Source of the DNA: a virus
Taxonomy: Duplodnaviria > Caudoviricetes
IMG/VR virus record: IMGVR_UViG_3300032117_002338
Location: 1-53,414 of that record
Direction: 5' to 3' (one strand)
DNA length: 53,414 nt
Shown: piece after piece, positions 24,111-32,803 of the stretch
How positions within the stretch are numbered: the first letter of the stretch is position 1
Layout: the number at the start of each line of letters is the position of its first letter
The notes under the pieces: generated by a model
Told to the model about the DNA's origin: nothing
Seen by the model: only the letters and a program-made list of their open reading frames with translations
Database searches by the model: none
Translations under genes and position numbers: made by a program

Positions 24111-24269
24111 ATGAAACAGGGCAAGTTGGTCCGCAGGCTGTACGAGGCTTGCTTGGAGCACGATTTGGTGAAGCTGCAGGAGCTCCGCATGGAGGAGTTC
24201 GCCAAGATCATCAAGCGCAAATCCAAGGGCAAGGGTTTCGATGCCAAGTGGACGGTGGTTAGGTTCTAA
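24111..24269 (+). CDS. 52 aa basic hypothetical protein
   Basis: GGAGGTG RBS; TAAGTA upstream. Confidence 0.7.
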   Translation: MKQGKLVRRLYEACLEHDLVKLQELRMEEFAKIIKRKSKGKGFDAKWTVVRF

Positions 24270-24278
24270 GGGTTAGAT

Positions 24279-24353
24279 GGGTGGTTAGCTCAGAGGCAGA
24301 GCATCGGTGTTACATACCGACGGTCGGGATTTCAAAATTCTCACCACCTACCA
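24279..24353 (+). tRNA. tRNA-Val(TAC)
   Basis: TCGGT-GTTACAT-ACCGA; CCA. Confidence 0.88.
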
Positions 24354-24359
24354 ACGAAT

Positions 24360-24443
24360 GCGCTTGTGGCGAAATTGGGTAGACGCATCAGATTTAGGTT
24401 CTGACGGGCAACCGTGGGGGTTCGAGCCCCTCCAAGCGCACCA
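24360..24443 (+). tRNA. tRNA-Leu(TAG)
   Basis: TCAGA-TTTAGGT-TCTGA; long arm; CCA. Confidence 0.93.
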
Positions 24444-24461
24444 CAAACATAGGGGTTGAGC

Positions 24462-24638
24462 ATGGCCACCTGCAAGGTGATATACCACAGAGAGTTCCCC
24501 CTGGATATCATAGAATACGTGAACACGCTGGCCGAGGGCCTCAGGCGCACCAACAGGGGCGACGCATACGTCGTGGATGTGATCCACGACAAGACGGGCG
24601 AACCTCTGATAAAGATCAGGAAGATAGGCAAGGGATAG
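24462..24638 (+). CDS. Small hypothetical protein
   Basis: 58 aa, AGGGG RBS. Confidence 0.6.
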   Translation: MATCKVIYHREFPLDIIEYVNTLAEGLRRTNRGDAYVVDVIHDKTGEPLIKIRKIGKG

Positions 24639-24641
24639 AGC

Positions 24642-24836
24642 ATGACCGATTTCGAGACCAAATACCGCACGTGGCACACTCGCCTCAGCTACATCAAGAG
24701 CGCGATGCGCATCGCTTCATGCGGTCTATGCTGTTTCTCCGTCTGCGTGATAGGCAGCGTCGAGACCAGCGTGTTGGCCCTGGCTGGTGGATTGTTCATG
24801 GCCGAGCTGATCGGCATCGCCGAGGAATTTGTGTGA
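24642..24836 (+). CDS. Small membrane protein
   Basis: Two hydrophobic segments; ends AELIGIAEEFV. Confidence 0.7.
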   Translation: MTDFETKYRTWHTRLSYIKSAMRIASCGLCCFSVCVIGSVETSVLALAGGLFMAELIGIAEEFV

Positions 24837-24917
24837 TTGATATTGCTAAGCGTTGGCGTCGTCAGTAAATATTGTCAGTGCACGATGAGTTCGTGCATGC
24901 AAACGGAGGACACTGAC

Positions 24918-24995
24918 ATGGCATGGAACACACCTTCCATCGTTGAGATCTGCGCGGGTATGGAAGTCACATCCTACTCCTCGGCGGAGATCTGA
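24918..24995 (+). CDS. pqqA: Pyrroloquinoline quinone precursor peptide PqqA (MAWNTPSIVEICAGMEVTSYSSAEI)
   Basis: GGAGGA RBS; W-x-x-P leader and GMEVTSY E-x3-Y core of alphaproteobacterial PqqA; not in supplied track. Confidence 0.92.
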   Translation: MAWNTPSIVEICAGMEVTSYSSAEI

Positions 24996-25019
24996 GAACA
25001 AGCTGACGTATTGATACGG

Positions 25020-25053
25020 ATGGGAGAGATGATTCATCTCTCCCATTTCATTT
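25020..25053 (+). terminator. Terminator after pqqA
   Basis: ATGGGAGAGAT-GATTC-ATCTCTCCCAT then TTCATTT. Confidence 0.75.
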
Positions 25054-25098
25054 GACGGCAGGCTAGACCATACCGGGTGCGTGCGCTATAATTCGACG

Positions 25099-25353
25099 AT
25101 GGATAAGACCGAATTCTACGCTGAATGTGACAGGCTGCTAGGGCAGCATCACCCACCACCAAAGACATACGGATACAGGGGCCGTTGGGGCCCACGTGAA
25201 CCTGGTTCAGGGAGGTTCGAGGGATACGGGCTCATACGTTGGATGAGCCAGCGGGTGGTGCACATAGCGCTGAGGCATCCCGTGCACCTGCAGACGCATG
25301 CAACCCCCGAGCGTGCGCTGGAGATCCTAGCTGAGATGATGGAGACGCGGTGA
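25099..25353 (+). CDS. Hypothetical protein
   Basis: 84 aa ORF shortly after TATAAT. Confidence 0.65.
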   Translation: MDKTEFYAECDRLLGQHHPPPKTYGYRGRWGPREPGSGRFEGYGLIRWMSQRVVHIALRHPVHLQTHATPERALEILAEMMETR

Positions 25354-25520
25354 TGCTGCGCAAGGCATGGCGGTATTGGGCTAAGGCCCTGGGGGAGAAG
25401 GCATCCGACGATTCAGCCGAGGCTGACAGGGTGGCGCTGATAAGGACGGCCATAGTGCTGTGCTACATCATCACCAACTGCTTCATCGTCGCCGGCGTCA
25501 TCAAGCACTGGAACCAATAG
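25353..25520 (+). CDS. Small phage membrane protein (WRYWAKALGEKA...IRT type)
   Basis: 55 aa, TGATG overlap, C-terminal hydrophobic helix. Confidence 0.7.
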   Translation: MLRKAWRYWAKALGEKASDDSAEADRVALIRTAIVLCYIITNCFIVAGVIKHWNQ

Positions 25521-25522
25521 AC

Positions 25523-25582
25523 GCATCCGTAGCTCAGTGGAACAGAGCAGCAGACTTCGAATCTGCGGGTCGGGGGTTCGAA
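25523..25582 (+). pseudogene. 5' part of canonical tRNA-Arg(TCG), interrupted in the T loop
   Basis: GCATCCG-TAGCTCAG...GCAGA-CTTCGAA-TCTGC...GGGGGTTCGAA then breaks into HNH gene. Confidence 0.85.
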
Positions 25583-26290
25583 CATAAATAGAGTATGAAC
25601 TATAAGAAACTTTACGACAATATCATATCTAAGGCCAAAACAAGACCAATCTCAGGTTATACTGAAAGGCATCATATTGTACCCAAGTCGTTCGGAGGTA
25701 CTGATAAGAAAGATAACATCGTTAGGTTAACTGCTAGGGAACACTTTATCTGCCATTATCTCCTATGTAAGATAACAGTTCCTAAATCTATCGAATGGTA
25801 TTCGGCTATAAAGGCATTTAATATGATGTGTTCTAAATCTAACACACATCAAAGATACATTAACTCGCGACTATACCAGTCAATGCGACAGCATATGTCT
25901 ATTACAATGAGTAATCTTCAGTCTGGTTCTAAGAACTCTCAATATGGAAGTTGTTGGATAAACAAGGAAGGTATCGTAAAGAAAATTCCTCAAGAATATC
26001 TCACAACATATGAGCAAGAAGGTTGGCAAAAAGGTCGAAAACCTCCAAAACCTCCAAAAGTAAGACCAGACAAACCTCTGAGAATTCTGAAGCGTCCTCA
26101 ATCTTCGGGTGTTAAGAATAGCCAATTTGGCTCATACTGGATCAACAACGGTAAAGACAATAAGAAGATTCGATCATTAGATATTCCATCTGGATGGACC
26201 AAAGGTCGGTTAATGAAAATGATAAATTAGCACCCGTATGCCGCCTGGCTTCGAACCAGGAGAAAGCTAATGGAATCACGGGGGTTCGAA
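25583..26290 (+). mobile_element. AT-rich HNH cassette inserted in tRNA-Arg, bounded by 12-nt direct repeat CGGGGGTTCGAA
   Basis: Repeat at 25571-25582 and 26279-26290; abrupt GC drop. Confidence 0.75.
25595..26230 (+). CDS. HNH homing endonuclease
   Basis: MNYKKLYDNII...YTERHHIVPKSFGG...NIVRLTAREHFICHYLL; repeated SGxKNSQxGSxWIN..GWxKGR modules. Confidence 0.92.
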   Translation: MNYKKLYDNIISKAKTRPISGYTERHHIVPKSFGGTDKKDNIVRLTAREHFICHYLLCKITVPKSIEWYSAIKAFNMMCSKSNTHQRYINSRLYQSMRQHMSITMSNLQSGSKNSQYGSCWINKEGIVKKIPQEYLTTYEQEGWQKGRKPPKPPKVRPDKPLRILKRPQSSGVKNSQFGSYWINNGKDNKKIRSLDIPSGWTKGRLMKMIN

Positions 26291-26307
26291 TCCCTCCGGG
26301 TGCTCCA
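26230..26307 (+). tRNA. Non-canonical tRNA-Arg(TCG) lacking a positional D arm
   Basis: GCACCCG/CGGGTGC-T-CCA; only 7 nt before CCTGG-CTTCGAA-CCAGG; 19-nt variable region; canonical T arm. Confidence 0.7.
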
Positions 26308-26392
26308 ATTAAATGTTGACGCGTCATGCAACCGTCACACACCCGCGGTTAAATAACCGTGCGATGCAACGACAACACAGCAGGGGTGACAC

Positions 26393-27442
26393 ATGTCCAG
26401 GGTACTGTTCATACTGAAGCGCAGGGAAGATTTCAACAGTGCCGTGCACAACAAGATAGGGCTGACCACCGGCCTATACAACTCGGCCAAGTTCATGGAT
26501 GACATGCTGGTCGACAATGGCGTCGACAGCCGGTTGGAGGTGGTCATAGACAACAACGACATAGATAGGGTGGTCACCGCGCACAGGCCCACGCATGCGA
26601 TAATAGAGGCGCTATGGGTGGTGCCGACCAAGTTCGCGGAGCTGAGGAGATTGCATCCCAACGTGACATGGATCATACGCCTGCACAGCGAGATGCCATT
26701 CATGGCCGGCGAGGGCATGGCCATGGATTGGATAGGCGACTACAGCGGCATGGCCAACGTGATCATGGCCTGCAACGCGCCTAGGATGCTGAAGGAGATA
26801 CGCAGCTACCTGGGGATCCGCAACGGATGGAGCGAGGAGATCGCGGCGCAGAGGGTCATATACCTTCCCAACTTCTATCCACAGGCATACACGAACAAGC
26901 AGCCGGATCGCGAAAAAAACGTCATTGATATCAGCTGCTTTGGGGCCATCAGGCCGCTTAAGAACCATCTGTTGCAAGCACATGCCGCGATACAATTCGC
27001 GGAGGTCCTAGGCAAGAGGCTTAGGTTCCACGTCAACGCCGGGCGCATCGAGATGAAGGGCGAACCCATGGTCCACAACCTCAGGGGGTTGTTCCAACAG
27101 CTGGCGGAACGGGGGCATGCCCTGATAAACCACGAGTGGGCCCCGCGTGAGGAGTTCCTGCGTCTGTGCGCCACCATGGACATGGGCATGCAGGTCAGCT
27201 TCTCGGAGACCTTCAACATAGTGGCGGCGGATCTCATCAGCCAGGGCGTCCCTGTGGTGGGCAGCATCGAGATACCATGGATGACCGCGGACTGCTGCGC
27301 CGATCCAACCAACAGCGAGGACATGGTGGCCAAGATGATCAAGGTGTGGGACGATCCCTCCGCCGTGGTTTCGGCCAACCAATCGGCTCTCACCGAATAC
27401 ACCAACCAGACCGTGGCCCAATGGCTGCGGCAGCTATCATGA
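26393..27442 (+). CDS. Glycosyltransferase (GT-B fold)
   Basis: FGAIRPLKN, SFSETFNIVAADLISQGVPVVGS nucleotide-sugar motif. Confidence 0.85.
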   Translation: MSRVLFILKRREDFNSAVHNKIGLTTGLYNSAKFMDDMLVDNGVDSRLEVVIDNNDIDRVVTAHRPTHAIIEALWVVPTKFAELRRLHPNVTWIIRLHSEMPFMAGEGMAMDWIGDYSGMANVIMACNAPRMLKEIRSYLGIRNGWSEEIAAQRVIYLPNFYPQAYTNKQPDREKNVIDISCFGAIRPLKNHLLQAHAAIQFAEVLGKRLRFHVNAGRIEMKGEPMVHNLRGLFQQLAERGHALINHEWAPREEFLRLCATMDMGMQVSFSETFNIVAADLISQGVPVVGSIEIPWMTADCCADPTNSEDMVAKMIKVWDDPSAVVSANQSALTEYTNQTVAQWLRQLS

Positions 27443-27456
27443 CAGGGAGACATAGC

Positions 27457-27660
27457 ATGAGCAAGCATCACGGAAGACACAAGGTCAAGGCGCACAAGTG
27501 GAAGGACGGGATACTCAACGTCCAGGAATATCTGTTCGACACGTTCGAGAACGCGGTGTTATGGGCATCGGGAGCCGGCGCCGACAGCTACAAGATCTAC
27601 GACGATGGAGAGCAGCTGGTGTACAGCGGCGATCTCACCGACATAGAGACCTACGCCTAG
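27457..27660 (+). CDS. Small hypothetical protein
   Basis: GGGAGA RBS, 67 aa. Confidence 0.7.
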   Translation: MSKHHGRHKVKAHKWKDGILNVQEYLFDTFENAVLWASGAGADSYKIYDDGEQLVYSGDLTDIETYA

Positions 27661-27675
27661 CAGCGGAGTGATAGG

Positions 27676-28173
27676 TTGGAGACCATCGGCAGTGTCGTTG
27701 AATTGACCTGGGATGATGTCTTGCCTATATGGCGAGACGTGTTATGGCCCGGACGGATATCCCCGATAAAGCAGCACAGCAGCATGAGATACCTCGGCGG
27801 ATACGATATGTCTGTATACAGCAATCCCGTGCACTTCTGGGGATTGCGCAGCAGCGATGGATCTGTGACGGCATTGACCAGCGGATTCAAGACATCCGAC
27901 CACTTGTATCGCAGCCGCAGCATATGGATACATCCCAGTCTGAGGAAGAGGAATATCACGAGAATCCTCTTCGATAAGACATTCGAGACGGCGAAATCTC
28001 AGGGATGCACAGCCGTCTGGAGCTTTCCTCGACCATCTGTGATATCAAGCTATGAGAGATACGGGTTCAGACAGGTCAGCGATTGGGTCATGGACGGGGA
28101 ATTCGGTCCGAACTGCTATGCCATAAAACACTTCGCCGAGCGGCCTGCCGATGCCGAACATGCCACCAGATAA
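27676..28173 (+). CDS. GNAT-like protein
   Basis: YRSRSIWIHPSLRKRNI...AKSQGCTAVWSFPR..YERYGF. Confidence 0.75.
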   Translation: METIGSVVELTWDDVLPIWRDVLWPGRISPIKQHSSMRYLGGYDMSVYSNPVHFWGLRSSDGSVTALTSGFKTSDHLYRSRSIWIHPSLRKRNITRILFDKTFETAKSQGCTAVWSFPRPSVISSYERYGFRQVSDWVMDGEFGPNCYAIKHFAERPADAEHATR

Positions 28174-28180
28174 ATATCAC

Positions 28181-28630
28181 ATGTCATCAGGTATCATGGT
28201 AAGATTGAAATCGGCGTACCAATGGGCGGTGGCCAGGGCCATGCGCGATTACACCATAGCGCGACGACTGGAGCTGGGCATAGAGCAGACCAAGCCCGTC
28301 GCCGACTTCAACGAGAGGTTCACCGAGGTGGAGGCCAGCATAATCCAGGCCTTGGGCGGGCCCGACGGCAGGGTGGCCGAAGCCCTCCTGCGGTATCGAC
28401 GGTTCGCCACTGACCACGAGGTGGCGGAATGGCTGATAATAGATGCCCTGGAGTTTGGCTTGGCCCTCATGACCGGGATACTGGGTGCCATGGCCATATA
28501 CGCCGTGATAACGGCGTTGGATGACATCATCAAAGGTGACACGCTGAGCGAGTCGCTGCTGAGGGCCGCGGGCAGCGCCAGCACAGAGCTGGTTCCCACG
28601 GGACAGATAGTGGACACCCTCATCAAGTAA
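28181..28630 (+). CDS. Hypothetical late membrane protein
   Basis: ATG 4 nt after TAAATA; one hydrophobic segment. Confidence 0.7.
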   Translation: MSSGIMVRLKSAYQWAVARAMRDYTIARRLELGIEQTKPVADFNERFTEVEASIIQALGGPDGRVAEALLRYRRFATDHEVAEWLIIDALEFGLALMTGILGAMAIYAVITALDDIIKGDTLSESLLRAAGSASTELVPTGQIVDTLIK

Positions 28631-28752
28631 AACACCAATTTAACCAACGGATAATTAAACCTCCACATAAATAAATCTGGCCAGGGGAGAAATCCCTGGC
28701 GTTAGATCCATTATGGTTCAGGGGATTCTCCCTGATAGGCAGGAGGTAAAAA

Positions 28753-30159
28753 ATGGATAAGAACCTAAGGGCGGAGCTGTCTGCCCTGAAGAGCGAGGTC
28801 TTGGCCAATCTCAAGGGATTGGAGAAGGTCGTCGCCAACATAGACAGCAAGATGACACAGATAGACAGCGGGCAGGTTAGCCTCGAGGAGGAGTTGGTTG
28901 ATCCCAAGGCCTTGGAGGAGGCGCGTGCCTGGGTCAAGGAGTGGGACGATGCATACGATAGCACCCAGAAGAGCATCCGGGAGAGGAGTGCAGATTTCCT
29001 CAACCCAACCCGAGAGCCATTCAAGGATCCGCTGGATGACAAGAGCCTCGTGGGCTTGATCAGCAAGGCCCGAGAATGGGATGAGTGGACATATGAGCTG
29101 TTCAACGCCCAGTGGGACAAGAAGAAGAAGCAGCGCGCGGAGGGTGCCATAAACACCATCAACATGTTCGTGGCTGACGTCAAGACCCGCAAGGGTTTGG
29201 CCACCGTGGTCAAGGATATCAACGATGCCAATCGTGCGTTGGAGGACATAAACCATCTGGAATCAGCCAAGGCCGAGATATTAAAGCAGTGCGACATGGC
29301 CATCATTGATCTAAACTATCTGTTGTCAAAGCGAGATGACCCAGATGGCTTTGCGTTCTATTACCAGGTGTTGAATGATCTGGTCGAGGCCGTCATAGCC
29401 GTGCAAGCTGGTGCAGGCGACAGGAATGCCGCCGCCATCAGCACGTTGGTATGGCTGTTGAAATCCATGCTGGAGACCAACGAGAAGGAGCAGTTCGATT
29501 ATGTGGCCCTTGATCCCATCACCTTTGAACCGGTCAGGTTGGAGGGTGAGAAGCTGAGCAAGTACAGGGATGTCAGGCTGCGCGAATACAACCGCGATCT
29601 CATGAACGCATTCGAGTTCAAGTCCAAGCGCGACGGCAGTTGGCGCCGGTGGCCGGGCACGGACATGCCCAGCATGGATGAGGTACTAGACAAGGTGCAG
29701 GTGGCGGCCAAATCTGGAGATAAGCAGCTAGCAGAAGCTGCACAAGCATTTGAGATGGCCGTGATCAAGGCAAGGCAGGAGAGTGATGCTGCTACCGTCA
29801 ATGCTATCGAGAAATCCAATGATCTCATCAGAGAAGTCAAGGAGGCGCTGAAAGAGGTCAGCGCGAGACCTGAGCCGGAGGTTGCGGTGAGCATACCATC
29901 CCATAGGTCAGAGGCTGACGCCAAGAGGTTGGAGATCGTTAAGGATGCTGTCCATGCTCAATATAAGACCGGCAATCTCGGCAGAGAGGCCAAAGGATCA
30001 ATATCCGATATCAAGAAGGCACGTGACATCGTGCGCGAGCATGAGGCGGCCCGCAAGGCTGTCGATAATGTCCGAGGCACCTGTGAAGAACGTGTAATCT
30101 CAGCGTTTTCAAAAAGGCCCTACGGGGCCTTTTCTCGCGATCGTGTCATGATATCGTGA
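28753..30159 (+). CDS. Helical/coiled-coil hypothetical protein
   Basis: AGGAGG RBS, 468 aa. Confidence 0.8.
   Translation: MDKNLRAELSALKSEVLANLKGLEKVVANIDSKMTQIDSGQVSLEEELVDPKALEEARAWVKEWDDAYDSTQKSIRERSADFLNPTREPFKDPLDDKSLVGLISKAREWDEWTYELFNAQWDKKKKQRAEGAINTINMFVADVKTRKGLATVVKDINDANRALEDINHLESAKAEILKQCDMAIIDLNYLLSKRDDPDGFAFYYQVLNDLVEAVIAVQAGAGDRNAAAISTLVWLLKSMLETNEKEQFDYVALDPITFEPVRLEGEKLSKYRDVRLREYNRDLMNAFEFKSKRDGSWRRWPGTDMPSMDEVLDKVQVAAKSGDKQLAEAAQAFEMAVIKARQESDAATVNAIEKSNDLIREVKEALKEVSARPEPEVAVSIPSHRSEADAKRLEIVKDAVHAQYKTGNLGREAKGSISDIKKARDIVREHEAARKAVDNVRGTCEERVISAFSKRPYGAFSRDRVMIS
30111..30133 (+). terminator. Terminator-like hairpin
   Basis: AAAAAGGCCC-TACG-GGGCCTTTT. Confidence 0.65.
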
Positions 30160-30214
30160 CATACCGTTCGATAAATACCGGAGGATGGGATGGTCCCATC
30201 ATGAGGAGGATGTG

Positions 30215-30733
30215 ATGAGTTGGAATCCATTGACGTGGCCGATAGTGAAGACGCTATTGGATCTGGAGCATAAGGCCGCCACACAGGTCGGCAAGGTGGA
30301 ATCGAGGTTGTCGCTCTCAACCTCCAGCGTGGTGCACGCCGCCGAAGGCAACGCCGTGCAGATAGCCAAGGATGCCGCCAACAAGGCCAAGGCCTTGGCG
30401 GATGATGCGGTGGCAAAGGCGCAGGCGGCGAGGACGCTGCTGCAGACGGCGCTGTCCGATGCGGCTGACAAGGCCGAGGCGGCCAGGGCGGCTTTCGAGT
30501 CGGCGGTCAAGACGGCAGCCGATGAGACTGCAAACCTGACGCAGAGCCTGGCGACCGCCACCGATGACGCCGCCAAGCACGCGGCAGCGGCGGCCAGCAT
30601 AGCATCGGCGGTGGCCAACGCCAACGTGTCGGTGTCATCGTCTGGTGTGGCCGTGAGCATAACCGCGCCGTCTGGGAACGTCACAGCTAACGCTGATGTT
30701 CTTGTGTTTGATAATGGCACCACGGCATCGTAA
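30215..30733 (+). CDS. Ala-rich hypothetical late protein
   Basis: GAGGAGG RBS; TAAATA upstream. Confidence 0.75.
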   Translation: MSWNPLTWPIVKTLLDLEHKAATQVGKVESRLSLSTSSVVHAAEGNAVQIAKDAANKAKALADDAVAKAQAARTLLQTALSDAADKAEAARAAFESAVKTAADETANLTQSLATATDDAAKHAAAAASIASAVANANVSVSSSGVAVSITAPSGNVTANADVLVFDNGTTAS

Positions 30734-30763
30734 CCCACTGTGAAAGTTGGATGAAATATTGAT

Positions 30764-30790
30764 AAAAGGCCCTTCGGGGCCTTTCTTCTT
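30764..30790 (+). terminator. Intrinsic terminator
   Basis: AAAAGGCCC-TTCG-GGGCCTTT CTTCTT. Confidence 0.85.
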
Positions 30791-30909
30791 GATACAAGAT
30801 ATCGAATCGGTTGACATCATATAACCAATAATATACAGTCGACGACATGATCTTGCCAGGTAGACTACCTGTCAGGCAGTTACCTGCTAAACCATAATGG
30901 AGATAGTAT

Positions 30910-32265
30910 ATGACATATCCGCACGAGGATCCACGAGATATATTTGGACAGGATCTAATCAAGGTGTTTGGCCCAAAGGCTGAGCGCAAGCATGTGAAAG
31001 ACCTCACCTACAGGGAGCGTGAGGAGATCATCAAAAATGTGCCGAAGTACATCGACACCTATGATATCGGTGCCCGTCCGAGCATCTTCCAGGTCACCAA
31101 CAAGATCCTCACCGTCCTGCAGCAGTCCGGTGCGCTCATGGGCGTCGACCTAGATTGGTGTGATGACCTCCGCAAGGGTGCCCTAGTCAGGCACGACAGC
31201 GCATACGTTGACGTCAGCATCTGCTACAAGAACAACGACGTGCAACGCGGCATCTGGTTACAGCATCTGGTCCAGGACATCTTGTTCTCTTTCAACCCAA
31301 CCAACGTGCTCAGCGGGTTGGCTCGCAAGCTCAGCGATGGCACGGTGAATCTCAACAACGGGCAGCATCGAACCATCGCCTGCGTGATCGTCGGAGTCAG
31401 ACAGGTCCCGATCGAATACATCGCCAGCGATAGCATCAGCATCGACATCGACGAATATGCCACTGACAACCTCAACACTCTGTCCAGCAGCGAGTTCGAT
31501 GAGATTCGCATCCGCGTTTGGCGCAACAAGGTACGCAAGGCAGAGGGTCGCACCGATCTCGATGATGAGGACATCAAGGTAGAGGAGCTTTGGGACATCC
31601 ATGCCGCCAAGCAGAGCCGATTCGTAGAGGTGGGTACCGCCAATCCCAAACCGCTCGAGTGCACGAGTGCCGGTAACATGCGCAAATATTTCAAGCATTA
31701 TGGGAATGATCTCTACACCCGTGCCTTGGACATCAACTGCACGGTTTGGAGCAAGACCGCCATCAGCAGCGCCAACTGCTGGGGGTTAATGGAATTCCTC
31801 GTGACGCAGCGCGACCTCCGGGGATTGACAGGCAGCACGGTGGATTTCGCCGTGCAACAGGCCATACAGCACAGATACAGCAACCCAGGCCGCGGCAAGA
31901 AGCAAAGCAGCAACCCAGGCCGCGGCAAGAAGCAAAGCAGCAACCCAGGCCGCGGCAAGAAGCAAAGCAGCAACCCAGGCCGCGGCAAGAAGAAACACAG
32001 CGTCGGCATGCATAGCGAATTCAAATCCATCATCAAAGAGAATCCTGTGGCCCTTGAGCTCAGGATCCCGGAGGAGAAGATCGTCGCCGCTGGAATTTAC
32101 AAGATCTGCAAGGTCGTGCGGCCAGACGTCAATTGGGCACCGATCATGTTCAACGGCATGAACATCGCTGACGATTTCATGGGAGAGTATCGAATCATGC
32201 CTTGCGCTACAAACACAAGGGTGTCGCACGATCTGGTTCAGTTGACCTCGGCGATGGAGGCTTAA
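30910..32265 (+). CDS. ParB/DGQHR-like domain protein with internal tandem repeat
   Basis: LNNGQHRTIA motif; SNPGRGKKQS repeats. Confidence 0.7.
   Translation: MTYPHEDPRDIFGQDLIKVFGPKAERKHVKDLTYREREEIIKNVPKYIDTYDIGARPSIFQVTNKILTVLQQSGALMGVDLDWCDDLRKGALVRHDSAYVDVSICYKNNDVQRGIWLQHLVQDILFSFNPTNVLSGLARKLSDGTVNLNNGQHRTIACVIVGVRQVPIEYIASDSISIDIDEYATDNLNTLSSSEFDEIRIRVWRNKVRKAEGRTDLDDEDIKVEELWDIHAAKQSRFVEVGTANPKPLECTSAGNMRKYFKHYGNDLYTRALDINCTVWSKTAISSANCWGLMEFLVTQRDLRGLTGSTVDFAVQQAIQHRYSNPGRGKKQSSNPGRGKKQSSNPGRGKKQSSNPGRGKKKHSVGMHSEFKSIIKENPVALELRIPEEKIVAAGIYKICKVVRPDVNWAPIMFNGMNIADDFMGEYRIMPCATNTRVSHDLVQLTSAMEA
31878..31992 (+). repeat. Perfect 30-bp tandem repeat, 3 full copies plus 25 nt
   Basis: Unit CAGCAACCCAGGCCGCGGCAAGAAGCAAAG. 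Confidence 0.97.
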
Positions 32266-32266
32266 C

Positions 32267-32803
32267 ATGGATATCCACGGTGAGATCAACGAGAGCATCC
32301 GTAACAGGGCTTTGCACACAGGGTTTGACGACGGTACCTACTTCACGCAGGAGCTCTACAATTTCGCCGTCGATCACTATGATGATCCATTGGTGCTGTT
32401 CAAGATAAAGATCTATGGCTACTACGTCCCTAAGTACAAGTGGACGCGGCAGCAGGCGGATTGGTTCATCGAGAACAACGCCAAGGATGCCATTGGGCAC
32501 TCGGACGGCGAGCATGAATACCTATATGATTGGGGACGCGGCCACAACAAGGTTACCGAGCATATGATGCACGAGCCTAACCTGGATCACATCAATCCCC
32601 GCAGCCTAAGCAAGGACAACCGTCCCGAGAACTTCCGCATCCGATGTGCCCGACTCAACGAGAACAAAGGCAACATGGTCAGCGATCGCGAGCGACGCGC
32701 TACCATCATCGACATGTTCATGGACATGGGAGATGCCGAGCGCATGTCTTTGCTAGAGCACCTCGGTAGAGTTACCCGTATATCGGAGACAATGGATGCG
32801 TGA
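32267..32803 (+). CDS. HNH-motif nuclease
   Basis: NLDHINPRS...PENFRIRCARLNENKG. Confidence 0.78.
   Translation: MDIHGEINESIRNRALHTGFDDGTYFTQELYNFAVDHYDDPLVLFKIKIYGYYVPKYKWTRQQADWFIENNAKDAIGHSDGEHEYLYDWGRGHNKVTEHMMHEPNLDHINPRSLSKDNRPENFRIRCARLNENKGNMVSDRERRATIIDMFMDMGDAERMSLLEHLGRVTRISETMDA

Noticed and set aside
25583-26290. Group I intron in tRNA-Arg
   Set aside because: ORF fills almost the whole insert leaving no room for a catalytic core, and no junction gives exon-U/intron-terminal-G.
31878-31992. CRISPR array
   Set aside because: Repeats are head-to-tail with no spacers and lie in frame inside a CDS.
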